From Phoronis australis (Eukaryota; Animalia; Phoronida): a stretch of 64,000 nt of DNA. Of this stretch, positions 36,901 through 51,900 are shown one piece after another. Where the stretch lies: NCBI GenBank assembly GCA_002633005.1, contig NMRA01000119.1, forward strand, positions 124,001 to 188,000. The letters are read 5' to 3'. A program made the translations under genes and the position numbers. The notes under the pieces were generated by a model. It was not told where the DNA came from, did no database searches, and saw only the letters and a program-made list of their open reading frames with translations. Every line of letters begins with the position of its first letter. Position 1 is the stretch's first letter.

Positions 36901-39900
36901 GTTTATTCGTTCTCGAGTGAGTGGATGTAAAAATGCTGTAGTCTAGTAAAAATGTGTGAAGTTATGTAATTTGTTCCTTTTCCCTGTCATTCAAAAGCTG
37001 CACTTCATGTACTGGGGAAGAAAGGGCCTCTGTCTTCAGGAGTTGCCACGGCTTTGGCTCAGTTCTTACGCAGACCACCTGTCCGTCCTAGATTTGTCGT
37101 ACAACAGAATCAAGACTCTATCAAATTTTTTGCCTTGGAGTTTTCCAAGCCTGGGTGAACTCAACGTGTCTCACTGCCACATTAAAAAGTGGGAACCACC
37201 TTCAGAGGCTCTTCAGTGTTGGAGGTAGGAAAGTTGTACAATTACCACCATATTGATTTCATTATTTGCCTGTGATACATGGTCTTTTAATCTCCTTAGC
37301 AAAATATTCGTTGACTCTTTTAATTTGGAAGAAAAACACCATTAAGTTGGACTTGCATTTTGTGTTACATGTTTTGTATATTATGAAAGATATATAAAAC
37401 AACTTAAAGCCTGAATTTAAAAATTCCACATTTATCCAAGTTGATCTCATCCATGGTATTTTCTTTTGTGAACTCAACTGCTTCTGATCAAGACATTGTG
37501 TCAGGTTGTCACATTTGCCATGTGTCAACAACAAGAATTGTCTACCTTTGTTGTTTGCCATTCTCCATAATTCTGTCTCAAGGATTGTCATTTGCTGATC
37601 ATTTACCTAGCTGTTGTGTCAACTTGATGGATTCAGAGGACATTACTTTGTTGGTATACGCTACCAGGAAAATAAAAATTATGAACGGGTTACTCAACCA
37701 CACGCACTGCGTCTCGAGCCTACCCTTATTATGAAAATAAGTCATTCAGGTTTTTGGCAACTGTTAAAAGTATGGCAAAAAGTCATTAGCTTTGACAACC
37801 CTTTCAAAATGCATATGATTGGAAATAAAAGCTATTGAAACGCCATCATTACCTATATTAGTTGCATTAATTAATGTTGGAGGGTAAGAGTTGTATAACT
37901 GATGTATCAAACATGACAGCGTTTTCTCGTTCAGTGACTTAGGGGGTTCTGAGCCCTGTGATAACATCTAGTTTCTTTGTTAACTCCCAAGCACACTCTT
38001 TTGTCTGTTATGACAACAAGCAGGCCAATTATCTACCAGGCTTATTACAGACCACCTGTGAACTCAGTCAAACTAAGAGTGAATTGGTGTATTTGGAAAG
38101 ACTAGATTGTCGTAACTTCGGTTGGGGTTGGGCGATTTTGGAGATTCAAAAACTAAACATAATCACCATTTTACGAAGATTTCAGAACTGCTATTGGTTT
38201 ATGTTCAAATATGTTATAAGGTAACTTTTATGTTTAACAGCGCAACCCAGTCAGGGTAGATAAGATCTTATCGGAAATTAGAGCAATTATCGAACAAAAG
38301 AGAGCAGGCCCTCCAACCACACATGCCAGAATGGAGCTAATCAGTCGTGTAAGATATTGGTTACAGGGGTAAACTTCCCAACTTGTTGTTGGGCTATAGA
38401 CTCGAACAAGTTGGGAGCAACTGGAAAACGCCGTGATGTTTGACTCAAGTGGCTTGGATACTAATTGTATTCAGTATTCATTGGCAGTTTTACTTTTTGT
38501 TATACAGAGATACCAGTAGAGATAGGGGGTATCTTTTCTTGGTAATCATTTATTTATCATTCAGGGTTCAAACATCTCGCCTTGCTCGGTTTATTCTATT
38601 GCATCGTTTTGATTAACAGATGTTATATTATTGTCAGCTTATTACTTCAATCTGTAGGTCATGCTATAGTTAATAACACTTCAGATTAGTTTCACTTTCA
38701 TTTTATACTAAGGGCATCTGCGATATAATAGAGCAGAGGTCAAATTTTATCTGCTAGACCTTGCGCCCAAAGTCCAAGGTGTGACCTTCAATTAAAATGT
38801 GGAACTGGCATCCAGGACGAAAACCAAGAAATGTGTAATTTCATTACTGTGTTTAGTGTTTACAAACACAGTAGCTGGGTATAAAAGTCCGTTTTTCTAG
38901 TTATTACCTTTAGGCACCTAGAGGAGCTAGTGGTGAACTTTGCTCCTGTCGCAATTAATGGTTACAAAAGCTTAGATTTGATTGCAGATAGGATGATATG
39001 TTAAAGAGTTGACCTACTATTTAGGGTTGTTTTATCTTATAGCCACTTGACTAATCATGTTACAGTGACCTTTATGCCTTTACAACGTAGTATTCTCTGA
39101 ATTTTGCCTCGGAACCTTTTAATTTTGATATCGAGTACGCTGTTCATATTTATGTGTCTGTGCCACTAAACGGTTTTTCCACTAATCACAATGCTGCAAT
39201 TTTAAAAAGTAAGTTATTGGTTCAAAGGGTGTCTATCATTCACACATGGCTGATGAAGTTTATTCTTCTACCAAACATCAGATTCTGTATCTATTTGTTT
39301 TGGGCAATCATTTGCCTGGGCAGACCTATTGCCTTGCTCATTTGTGATTACAGTTGCAAAGTGTACAGCACTGTTCATAGTTGTTGTAAGACAAAATGGG
39401 ATCATCTATTTGGCAAAGTGATCATCTATTTGGCAAACAATCACATAGGTATTGGAGTCTACAGCAAAAATTCCCCAATTTGGACAGTCTCTGGAATTTG
39501 GGACATGGAAACTCCCGCAAAAAAACAATCTTTCTTGATTCTGGAATTTGGGATTAGGGCAAATTTGACGTTCATCACATTTTTCAAATTTCGGAAATGT
39601 ATTTTCAATCTGAAGAGTGCATAATTAATTTTGCTGTCTTTCCGGTGATTCTTGAATTTGGGACTGTCAATATTGCCTACTTATGGAATCTGGGACAAAC
39701 AACCTTGAGCAAAATCATTGAATACTCACTGTCACATGAAATGGAAATATATTCATGATTCTTAGTTCTAATTTCTATTGAAAAATCAAACACTGGAACA
39801 TTGGTCATTATTTCAATATTCATGGTTTTGGTATTCAATTCCAAATTGAAAATTGATTACTGGAAACCTGCACAAGGATCAGATTATTCCAGTTAACATA

Positions 39901-42900
39901 GTAAATGATATTGATATTGATATTTTGTCCTAAACTGATGAGCTTATATGCAAAACAAATACACAGTAATTAGTCAGGACTTTCCAAAAACCTTTAGTTT
40001 TCAAATTTAGAGGAAATTGACCATTAACAGTTATTAAATGATATTATGGATGTTCTTAAATATACCTAGTGCAATTGTTGTCATCTAAAACCAACCCACT
40101 CTGTAACATTGCCTTAACTAAATACTACGTATAGTGAGTGTCTTGAGTATGTGTGCCAAAGATAAAGAGGTCATAATCCGGTCATAACCATTTTCCGCTT
40201 TGCTGATAGCAAACATTATAACATGTGATATCATTTCCGTGTAGGAAATTGAATTTGATGCAAAACTTCAAAATGTTTCCTCATGGTTGATGAAAACCAG
40301 TTTCCCTTTTGTAGAAACACTATTTCCTTTTTACTCACTGTATAAAATACAAATGATTTGTAAAGCAGGTTGCATACGGTTTCAGTCAAAATACTCCTCA
40401 AACCTTTGTATACCTTGATAGGAGATAACCATATATCAATAAAGCATAAAAATATTTCCAGGTGATCAGTGCAATGGGCCCACATGCGAGGCCTGCGCAC
40501 GTATGATACGACGTGTATCAGACCGCCTGCAATTATTTTTTTTTTGATAGGAGATGATTTTCATTCCCAAACAAATCATCTCGGTATCTAATCAAATAGT
40601 CTGTTAGTTTTTTGATAACGTTGGCCAATCATGCTAAAATTAGACTACTTGCAGATTATGCCTAACTTTCTTTAGCACTAATAGCGTTGTTGCAAGGAAA
40701 TATTTGAAACTATTGTGTTAGAGTCAACGCGTCTGTTCCTTGATTTTTATGCTTAGGCTGTTTACATGTGTTAAATACCTATACATGCTTAATTAATATT
40801 TCAAAATTTGCAAAATTTGTTTACAGAGTTCCTATTCATGTTGAAGTAATGCGCTGTTACCATTTCTGTTTTCTGTTGGTGTATTCAATTACTGGAGTTT
40901 GTTTCCAGTGAGTGTGAAAATCATGAAGAAACAACTGCTAGTACCATCTCTCTGGGTGCAGTGACTCATCAATAAGTTTTAATAAGCTTTGGCTGTCTGT
41001 AATTTTTGGCCTTTTGGTATTGGTTTGATTCTGGTACCAGAGGAGCACTGATGTAAACGGATTTAGTTGAACCATTCAGACCTACTTCGGATCCGTAGTT
41101 GTTGCAGTTTTTTATTTTTTATATTTCTTTTAACATTTTATTTCTAAATACACTAATACATACAAACAATAAGGTCTTTGCAAATGAAACACAGGCACGT
41201 GCACTCGCACACACACATATCTAAATAATAGAAATTCACGGTTGGTCTAAATTAATTACGCATTTGGGTTTGATATGTGGGTCACCGAGTTATCACAAGA
41301 TGGCGATTCAAAAACCTTATGCAGTCGTGCTGTTATTGATGATGACACCTGCTATAACACGGAAGTTAATCTTTCATACTGTATTGAAGCATTGATGCTA
41401 CGGTTTTAAATTCATCTGTTTACTGTGAAGTTTAGTTGCGCTCTGTTAACTTTGATCAAGGACTGATGATAATCGTTCATACCAACCAGCACTTTTCAAC
41501 ACGTCGTCTCATCAACATTGGTATAGTAAAAACTCGCCAATTTCAGACAAAAATAAGTACTAAAATTGCCCTTTTTTCATTTTTCAAGAGATTCTTACAT
41601 TTTTGAGAATGTGCACATTTTTGTTTGATTCTAATTATGGTACACACCTTGAACATAAGAAAGCATTGATTTGATATCTTTCATAGAAGAATGAGAAAAT
41701 AAAGTTTCACATGTCAGCCATATTGTGTCCTAAATTGGTGAGACATCACCGCATGTAAGACCCTTATAATGCCCCTCCTTGGTATCAGGCACTGTATTTG
41801 TTGTATAATTCTTATTACTAGTACATAAATCGAACCTTCATTACGCTGATGGGCCTTTACTAGGTGTTGATATTGGTCCAGACTACGTGACAGCTGATCG
41901 ACTGCAATCTGCCTTGGGGCTGATCTCAAACATACAACATTGGTACATGGAACGTCACTCTTGAAAGGCTGACTACTTTACTACAAATGATCAGATTTCA
42001 CCTGGGTCCAGTTGCATAAAAGTTACACACCGTATAGCAACAATGACGTCACATTATAACACACCACATTGTTATTGTTGAACAATGCACCTGACGTCAC
42101 ACAACAATCAAACTTATCCAACAGATAATTTTGAAGTTTTATGCAACCCAGCCTTGCAATAAAATCTATACTACTTGATAAAAGATTAAAAATGTATAAA
42201 ACGTCAGTTTCATTGAGAATTTTTACGCTCTTAAATATCCACGTTGCCAACATGTTGGTAAACTAAGTGAGGAAGGAATTAGAAGTCAATATCTGTACAG
42301 GCTCGGTCAATTGCGTGTTTGTTTCATGACCCGTGCTTGTGATTTCAGCTTAACTGAGATTGACGCATCATACAATCTACTGGAGAGCGTGCCTCAGACT
42401 CTCTTTCAAATCAAGAGCTTGGTCAAGCTCAACCTGTCCCACAATGCATTAGAAAGCCTTGGTGTCAGCATGCAGGATGAATGGGTAGCAGCCAGTGCCA
42501 GTAGCCATTTCTTTGTGCCCACAAATGGTAAGGAGCTAAGTATGGCCGCATTTTGACAGATGTAGATACAATCTCCTATTAGTATTTAGTTAATGTTGTG
42601 TACTACCTTATAGACAAATCTGTGCATTGAACAAAGAACAAATTTTAACTCGGTTAGAGCATATGTTTTCTGAAAGTAAAAAGGCTGCGGAATTTGATTT
42701 TTGACTTTTTAGCAAACTGTTATTAGTTGATTGGGTCACGTGGCCATGTCTTTTAGTAATATTTAAGGATAACGCTTTAACAGTTTTCTAAAATATCAAC
42801 TTTAAAGATGTTTCATGGAAATCATTAAAGTGCTATTTTTATACCTCCTAACGCAAAAGTGGAAATTTTTTAAACAATTCCTAACAGCGTTTTTGAGAAT

Positions 42901-45900
42901 AGTGCATAAAGCTTTGTATCCGAAAGTATGCATCTATTCAACCATTTCTGAGATATAACTTTCCAAAGTTTGCCAAATTTGGCCATTTGTATAGAGTTCT
43001 ACAAACTTTACACACATTTTACTCTTAGTAATTTTGATTGTAAACTTTGGTAGTGATCTCTTTAGAAATAAATAATTAAGACGTGGGTAACATTTTTGGG
43101 TCACACCTATCATCTTCACAACAATTAGCTCCACTAAAAGTAGCACTTCTGCCACCATCAACAACACCCCTATCACAAACGTCACATCCATCACTGATCA
43201 CAGCCATCACTGATCACATCCATCCCTGATCACAGCCATCACTGATCACATCCATCACTGATCACAGCCATCACTGATCACAGCCATCACTGATCACAGC
43301 CATCACTGATCACAGCCATCACTGATCACATCCATCACTGATCACAGCCATCACTGATCACAGCCATCACTGATCACAGCCATCACTGATCACANNNNNN
43401 NNNNNNNNNNNNNNNNNNNNNNNNNNNNNNNNNNNNNNNNNNNNNNNNNNNNNNNNNNNNNNNNNNNNNNNNNNNNNNNNNNNNNNNNNNNNNNNNNNNN
43501 NNNNNNNNNNNNNNNNNNNNNNNNNNNNNNNNNNNNNNNNNNNNNNNNNNNNNNNNNNNNNNNNNNNNNNNNNNNNNNNNNNNNNNNNNNNNNNNNNNNN
43601 NNCCCACCATCATACCACCACCACACCACCACCACCACACCACCAACAACAACATCCACCACCACTGCCAATTTGCTACTATGACTGCCTTCTGCTTCAG
43701 CCCCGTCCAGTGTTCCATGGGATTGTCAGGAACTTAAGGTGTTTGATGTCTCGCACAACCTGCTCACCCAGCTGCCAGGGCAACTGAACGCTGCTGACAA
43801 ACTGGAAAAGCTGTATGCCTCACACAACCGTCTCATCCAGCTCATACCTCCTTGGCAGTGCCCTCTGGTGGGTTTTGGATAAACCTGTTCTTATTTGCCA
43901 GACTACTGCATTCAGCATATGGGGAACAGTAATTTGATTTTTCCATTCATATGCCATTGGCATCATCTCCATTCATGTTAATGTCAACTTAGTATCAGGT
44001 CTCAAATTTGTTGATCTACTCTTTACCTTTTCTTGTTAAGATTGACACAGATTATAACCAGTTTTTGAGCACGATGTTCTGTATGTATCCATGTGTACAA
44101 GGCTATGTCTTTTGTATGTAATTTCTGAGTAGAGGTAATGGTACCTAATACTTTCTGCCCTCAGTTGTTAACGGTCAGTTACCAGCCAATCATTGCCTTG
44201 CGTGGCAGTCACATGACTGGCAGTGTAATGTTTACTGTGCCAAAGGAGGATTTCAAGAAAATTTGACCAGCTACGTCATGGCAGCGCCATGCCTTGAAAA
44301 CAGTTTTCAGTTTCTAGTTATTTATTAATACCTTTTCTTTGTTGTCATGACTCTTATAAGACTTGCAATATGGTTTTTAAAGAATTACCTGGAGTTGTCA
44401 CACAACAAGCTTGTCTGCATACCTGGGGGCCTGGAATTGTTCTGGGCCAACACACTCAAGACAGTTCACCTGGCAAATAATCAGATTGAGGAAATACCGC
44501 AGAGCATTTGTAAACTAGGTACGTAGGTTGAGAGATTCGACATAGTGCAAGAATGCGTGTAGATATGTATGCCATTATGATTGCCGATAACTGATTGTTG
44601 ATATAGTGGTGGCCCTCTGAAATACATTTTGCTGCTGGAGTTTTTGTTAGACAAGCATTCAGCAACACCTACATTTCACATGTGGATGTTACTAGCTGTA
44701 GGATTTTTACGATTATACTGTCAAATGGCCTTTTGCTTTTGAAGCTTGTTCAATTTATGTTTATTTATAAAGTGGATGGAACTGTAATCTCTCTCAAGAT
44801 TTCACACATATGCAGATTTGTTGTCATTAAACCGTAACAGTGAAAGTTAATAATATGTACACAAGATGGAGTAGATCAAGTCAGAAAAAGTAGAAAATAA
44901 TTCTCTTCCCATGTCTGCTTACTTCTTCAGCTGATGCACAATAATTGTTAAGTTGCAATTGTTCCATTGGTAGCATCCATGAAGGAACTTGCCCTTGCCC
45001 ACAACAAGATCAGGACACTGCCCAAGGTCGACTGGTGGGACACAAGGTCACTGGAGAGACTGGATCTGTCTCATAATGAGTTGACTGATCGAAAGACTTC
45101 TTCCCATGACGAGAACTCTAAGTATGTCTCTGCAGACATTATGTTGTACATTTTATTATTTTGCATTGAATTGGCCAGAGTAAGATTGAAAGTTGGAGTT
45201 AGGTCCAATGCCATGTAATTTAGTGTGTACAGACTTCCTCAGTTGTTGTTGTATTGACCTTTGGAGTTATAAGGTTTCTTTTGTGACAAATATGTTGTTT
45301 TTTGAAATTGTCATTTGAATTTAATGTTGAGTGCAATGCACTGGACAGGTGCAGTTTTCCCTCTACTTGGCTTTATGCCATATATTTGAAGATCATGTGC
45401 CATGTTTGAAAAACTCTTGAGTCCTTTCCAAAAAATCTTGAGCCATGTTTGAAAATCATGCTGGACATTTTGTTCTTTATTTAATACATTTTTATTTTTC
45501 CATAGAGAAATATAAAGGTTTTTATTGTTATTCAGTTATCTTATTTTTGTAAAAACAGTGATATTGTGTCCAGCGAGTGCGAATAATTTCTAATATTGTT
45601 ACTTGGTGTTTCTGTCTATTACGCCATGAAAGTATAATGCAACTTAGAGCCTTCTTTTGGTTTTTGTCTTGGGGAAATTCCTGATTTACTGTAAACAGTG
45701 TGCAGAAGTACAATCAGTGCAAAAATGAGAGACTGACTGAAATAAAGAACTTTAAAGTTACCATAATTCATTTTGAAAATGTCATTATAGCTAATGAATT
45801 TCATGTATTGTGGGTTTGCTGTATGATACCAAAACATGGAACCTTGGAATTTCATGTAGTTGCATTTTATTTCTTAAAGCGCTGTCGCCAAGAAACTAGA

Positions 45901-48900
45901 AGCCAAGTTCAAGAATGCCTTCAGTAAGCTCGGATCACGGTTTGCATCCTTACACAAAGAGAATTCCGTCGAAGAGGAAATGTCACCTGTGTTCCCGATC
46001 ATTCTCAAGGAGTGCCTGGATGACCTTGACTTGTCCTTCAACAACTTGCATGTAGTGCCAGCTACTGTGTGTCAGCTCACAAAGTTAGGGCGTCTGAATC
46101 TTAGTGGGTAAGTGATGATCTGATATTGGTCATGATAGTTTTGGGTCTAATATAATTTATTGGATGATATTTCCTCTAATAGATCGTACACATTTCTTGT
46201 CATTGAATTTCTGCTACTTATATTGTGTATCCTTATATTCTCCAAAACGTCGGTCATTCTATACACTAATCCACATTCCAACAGATTGTACACCATCGTA
46301 AAAAATCTTCAAAAGTTTGAGTAGTTCATTTCTATAGAAAAGATGGTTTGTAGATTTTTGGTGCAAGTTCTTGAAATACAATTCACATTAAGTACAAGCG
46401 GTTGCAGTCATCCATGCCGAAACTGCCATCACCACCACTTCCACCATGTGCCCATGTGTTAAGCTGGTCACAAAAACATGATTGAAAGGAATTTAGTAAA
46501 CCATCTTAGTCGACTCTTGCCTTTCTTTTACTAACTAGGACATGAAATTTGAGATTGTACCAAATGGGAGTTGCTTTGTGTTTGCTCTGTGCTTTAAAGT
46601 TGTATATTGCAGGGCTTGGAATTTTCCGCGGAAACGCGGATTTCCACTTTTTTCAAATGTGCTTTCCACTTTTTTATAATATTTCCGCGTAAAATAATCG
46701 GATTTGATATAAAATTTCCGCGGCAAATTCCTTCCTTACCGCGGCGTTGCAGACGACGTTCACCTCGAAAAGCGGAAGTTGCTCTTTATGTTTCGGAGGA
46801 ACGTAAATTGTCAACATTGCCGGGGCATCTGGGACAGCGTGGTGTGATTTTCAATGGCGGCTCGAGTTTTTGTTAAGCTCTGCAGCCGAAAATGTGTGGG
46901 TTGGGAGAGGACGGGCGAGCTAAGAGGATGCTTTGGGCCGTAAAAGTTTCCGCGCTCTTTGTCATTGGTCATTCCAAGCCCTGATATTGGATGTTTTCAG
47001 TTGGATCCTGTAGTATTTGGAAACAAACTAAACAACTCAAGCGTATAACCGCTGAGTGATTGATGTGTAATGTTACTAGTCAAGAAAATTCTCTAGTCCA
47101 AGTGAATTTTTTTTTCTTAAGAATGACATGTTTGAAGTTTAGAATTGACCTTGGGTACATTGCCATATGTGACTGAAAAGGGTTTATCCAAATTGGTGAA
47201 ATTTCAGTTCTCGTTCAGTCTGATTTCCTCTCTTTTCAGCAATGGAATTCATCGTTTGCCATTTGAATTAGGCCGACTAAGTCGATGTTATGAACTCAGC
47301 TTGGAAGGACTGCAAATCCAAAATCTGCCGACTCATCTAAAATCAGGTGGGTTTGCAAAGGATTTGTTTGTATGCAGTTTTCGTTAGACTAGTACGTGTT
47401 GTTTACTGTGTATGGCTAAATAATTTTTTTCTGTAAAATTTAAGTTGATACCGACTATTGTGTATTGCATGATCTATGATACAAGCATCTTTGATTTTTG
47501 TGAAGTAAAGTTTGGTTTTGAATTGGAATTGTAACAGACCTTAGAATTTTAGCCTCATGTTTAATTTGCATGCGTCCCAACAATTAATCTTTTGGTGAAA
47601 TGTTGTTAAATCCTCTGAATATCTGTAGTTAGGTAATGAATTAATTTTACCTGTCACTAATGATTACTGCTTTTGATTTATCTCCCTTGTCCGCTTGTTG
47701 TTTCATGTATTTATTTAATTTTTGCTTAAGCTTTTCGTTGTCCTCTCATTTCCATTTTTTGTGGTTTGCTGTTTAGTGCATAACAAAAGGTCTTCAAAGG
47801 AAATTTTGATCTACTTGAAGAGCCAACTGAGACAGTGTGAAAATTACAACAGAATCAAACTGGTGCTGTTGGGACAGGAGGTAACAGATGGCTTATGTTT
47901 CGGTATTTCGGACATATTAGTTGCCAAAAATTGATGTTTTTTCGTTTTTCAAGGGGCACTTGCCAACATGGTTGTGAATGCCAACAATTTCTTATAACAT
48001 TTCTGATGGTTGCTATAGTATAGAAGCTCAAAAACGATAAAAGCATTTATTTGAATTCGGAATTATGTAACAGTTGTCTCGATCTAATATCTAACTTGTT
48101 AATGTATTACCGTATCATTTCCTAACTTTGAATCAGTGATTGACACCAGTCTGCTCCATGGAATGTGACCTAAGATTATGTAAGATCTTTTTCACAAGTC
48201 GGAATATTTACCCAAATTTTTACAAAACTGTTGATATTGATTTTTTTAGCAGTTTCTGAAGCAGAAAGTAAGTAGAATTTGACTTAAAAGTTAATATCAA
48301 TTTGCCATGAACTGGATCACATGATCATGTCTTTTTAGAAAAAATAGCCAAAATAATGGGACGATCATTGCAAAATAGTGGTATCAACAACATGGATTGA
48401 CCAAATTTCATTTGATGCCCTTTTTTAGAACATTACTGCATGGTTTCCCAGTGCCAAATAGATTTTTGACGATTCACGTGTGCAGTCACTAAAAATGCTC
48501 CAACGTTTTTTGTTGGACAGGTGTATTCTAATGAAAACTGCAGAATAGATGCCCATACATTGTGTTATGATGTTCTAAAATTATTACATGAGACGTTGGG
48601 CAGGTATTCGTCAGGTAGAGTATTCACGATATTAGGTGCAAATTACTGTAAATGGTCAATAAAAGGTTATGGTTGAAATTCACACACTGATGGCCCCGGT
48701 ACATACCTCGTCTCGCGTCTGGCATTTCAAACTTGGACCCTGAAACGAAATCGTTCAATTAAATCTTGACCAAAAATGGAGAGTTTCGAGGCCATTACAT
48801 CAATCGGAATTGTTACTGCAACTGATCCAATGAACGTGACCAATTATGAAGACTGAACTACAGTTGGTTGGCTGTTGTGTTACAGAGAATAGGCAAGACG

Positions 48901-51900
48901 TCACTGTTGTCTGCACTCAGAGGAGATCGTACACTGGATTCTTCAGTGACTCAAGGTGTCGACATCCGTGAGTGGAAGTTGACAGCTTCTGATGTAAAAA
49001 AGAGGGGACGTGACAAGGTATGACAGACAGTGTCGTGTTTATCTTTGTTGCCATAATGTTACGTTAGCCTGAGCATCGTCATGTATAAAGTAGTAGATCC
49101 CTTACTCATGATCAACTCTATCTAGTTACCCACATCTGTGAATTGGTCACGTGACCACGTCTTTTAGTAAATTAACCGACAGTTAAATTATGTACTTTCA
49201 TAGCAAAACAATGGTTGAACAAATTTTGTTTGACATAAATATTTAAGATGAAATGTCAAAAATGCTATTGCAATTTTCTTTTTATATTGCTTTTGATTTT
49301 TTCATAAAAATCGTAGAAGTCCTATGTTTCGATAACCCTTCATGCAAAAGTGGAACATTTTGAAAGATATTTATGAACATGTTTTGGAGAACAATGCATA
49401 AACCATAGTATCTGAAAGTTTTGTATGAATCCAATCAATCGTTTCTGATTTATAATATCCTGCATGTAGCCAAATGTGGACATTTTTCAGAGTTGTACGT
49501 AACGCTTAATACATTGTTTTTTTTCTTTTTTTTTTGGCTTAAGCTCTTGTTTTCTTCTAAACAAGCTCATGTGTGTTTAGTGTTCAGTTTCTGTTTTATC
49601 AAAAACATCTTGTTTTGCATTCCTGATGGCGAAAAACGTATAACTCAGTCATGAAAACATTCGGAGTGTTTTCCCAAATCCCTGTTTATTGCAGTGTTGT
49701 GAAACAAATGACACTTGTATGTCATTTCTATTGATTTGATCTCTTTGTTTATTCGGTATCAATGTCTGTAGTTACTACCTGACGTTCTCTTCTCAACGTG
49801 GGATTTGGCGGGTGGCCAAGACTACCAAGTTACCAATCAATGTTTCCTTTCCGCTAACGCCCTCTATGTAGTGGTGTGGGATGTGACTCAGCGCGGAAAA
49901 GAAAATGATGGAATACAGAGTTGGCTGAAAAATATTCAGGTATCGGGGTTACATTTTATCTCAAGTAGCAGTGTATGGGAAGAATATGAAGGCCTACTAT
50001 GTGTAGCCTTCACGTTTCAAATAGTGTTTTATCATTTAATAAATACTTTTGTTGTCTCTTTCATAAGTTCAAAAATTATTGATAAATTGCATTTTATGCC
50101 AGCCCTATGACTTCAGAATCGCAAATCCCATGCTTTTGAATACATTTCACATCTTAAGTTTGCTTTCAATTTTTGGTTAGAGTTACCGTATCTTTTTGCT
50201 TTAATGCATTGAGCATTGAAATTGAAAAACTAACAAATCAAGGTGGGTGTTATCTGCATGCCAAAAATGAAAATGTTGACAATCCTTATTTGGGCATGTA
50301 TATCCAGAAAAAGGTGTAAGCCAGAAAAATTATAGCACGCCTTGTTCGGCAACAGCCAGCTAGAAACGCAATGGAGACATAATCAAGTAAATTACGCTCT
50401 CTGAAAATTCATCTATGTTGTTTTATTCACAACTTCTGTCTTTTCTGATCAGTGGTGTGTTGTGTGAAAAGCTTTTGATTTCATTTATGGGGTCGTGGTG
50501 ACGTATGTTGACCTACAAAATGTCTATTGTGACCTGTTTGAAAGAACTGCTGTGCTAAATGGTTACTAGGTTGTGGTTTTGTCATATACATATACATCAT
50601 CGGCTATTAATTTGGTCCTATAACCTTGATGTATACATGAACTGAAATGAATTTGTACAGGCGCGTGCCCCCGGGTCTCATGTTATCATTGTCGGTTCTC
50701 ATATGGATCGTCTCAGTCGACGAGCTCAGGATGATGACCTGTTGAAGTCGAGGATTACCGCGGAAATCCACTGCAAATACCCAAGCTCGAAATCTGGAAA
50801 TCCTCACATTGCTGGCGGTAAGCTCATTTTCTTATAACTTTTTTATAGTAAGTTGAACTTTTACCGGCAATCTACAGTGCATAGTAAAAGTATTTAATAT
50901 ACAAAATTGTTTACCATTTTCCGTCATGACAACTAATTGTGTTAATCCCAAAAATGACTGATAAGGAGTACATGGTAACAAAATTCTTATAACAGAATGG
51001 CTTAGCCGCCTGCTTACTTTCGCCTTCATTCTCGGTTATGATGGGAGGTTACTCTGACCATGAACTCGGCTTCTGCCCAGCCTCCATGACAGGAAATTGT
51101 TAGTCATTTCGTCTGATTGCATGGATGAAGATCGTGCTGTGACACTCAGATTGTTAAAGGTGTTTCATCGACAGTTGTTTGTCTTAATCTTTTTACTTAT
51201 GTTTTTGAGAATTTCTACTTTGCACTTTACATTCAATTGAGGGTGTGTCAAATACCTTGAAATAACTGTCATCAATCTGAGAAAGACCAGTCTAAAGGAA
51301 TTATATAATAAAAAAATGTAATTTTTAAGTTTTGCACAATTTCTGAAGATATTTTTAATAGAAAAACTCATTGACTTGACTGCCACAAAATGCTGCAAAG
51401 ATTCTAAAATTGATGGTTTTTGTGACCGGAAAATATTTAAAAAACCAGTCACATGGGGAAATGTGGCCATTTGTAACAAAAGTAGCAGTTACCTTGAGCA
51501 GTTAAAACAATTGATAAAATTTTTTCCCAAATTTGTTCGGAACTATTTTTTAAATTAGTAAAATCAGCTGATTTAATTGTGATTCATTTCTGCTATGATC
51601 AGCACTTGGGCATCACTCAGTAATACTTTTCACTAAGTAGAAAGCTGGCAGTCATCACTTCTGTTCTACAAACATTTGGCGATATGCAGTACAAGAGACC
51701 AATTTTCTGACCAGTGCTTTTAAATCATTGTAGTGGCATTTGTGTCTGCAACTACAAAGACAGGTATCACGGATCTGAGAGAACTGTTGTACAACACGGC
51801 AGTGAACCTGGAAGACATTGGCTGTCGGAACCAAACTCTTGTTAGTAGAAAGGTAATAGTTGCTGGTTTGGTGAGATGCACTTGTCATGCCAAGAACTGT

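Noticed and set aside
39934-39960. Third hammerhead (ctgatgagcttatatgcaaaac)
   Set aside because: GAAA is replaced by AAAA and stems I and III are absent.
43383-43718. ORFs spanning the N gap
   Set aside because: Artefacts of Ns and (CAC)n repeats.
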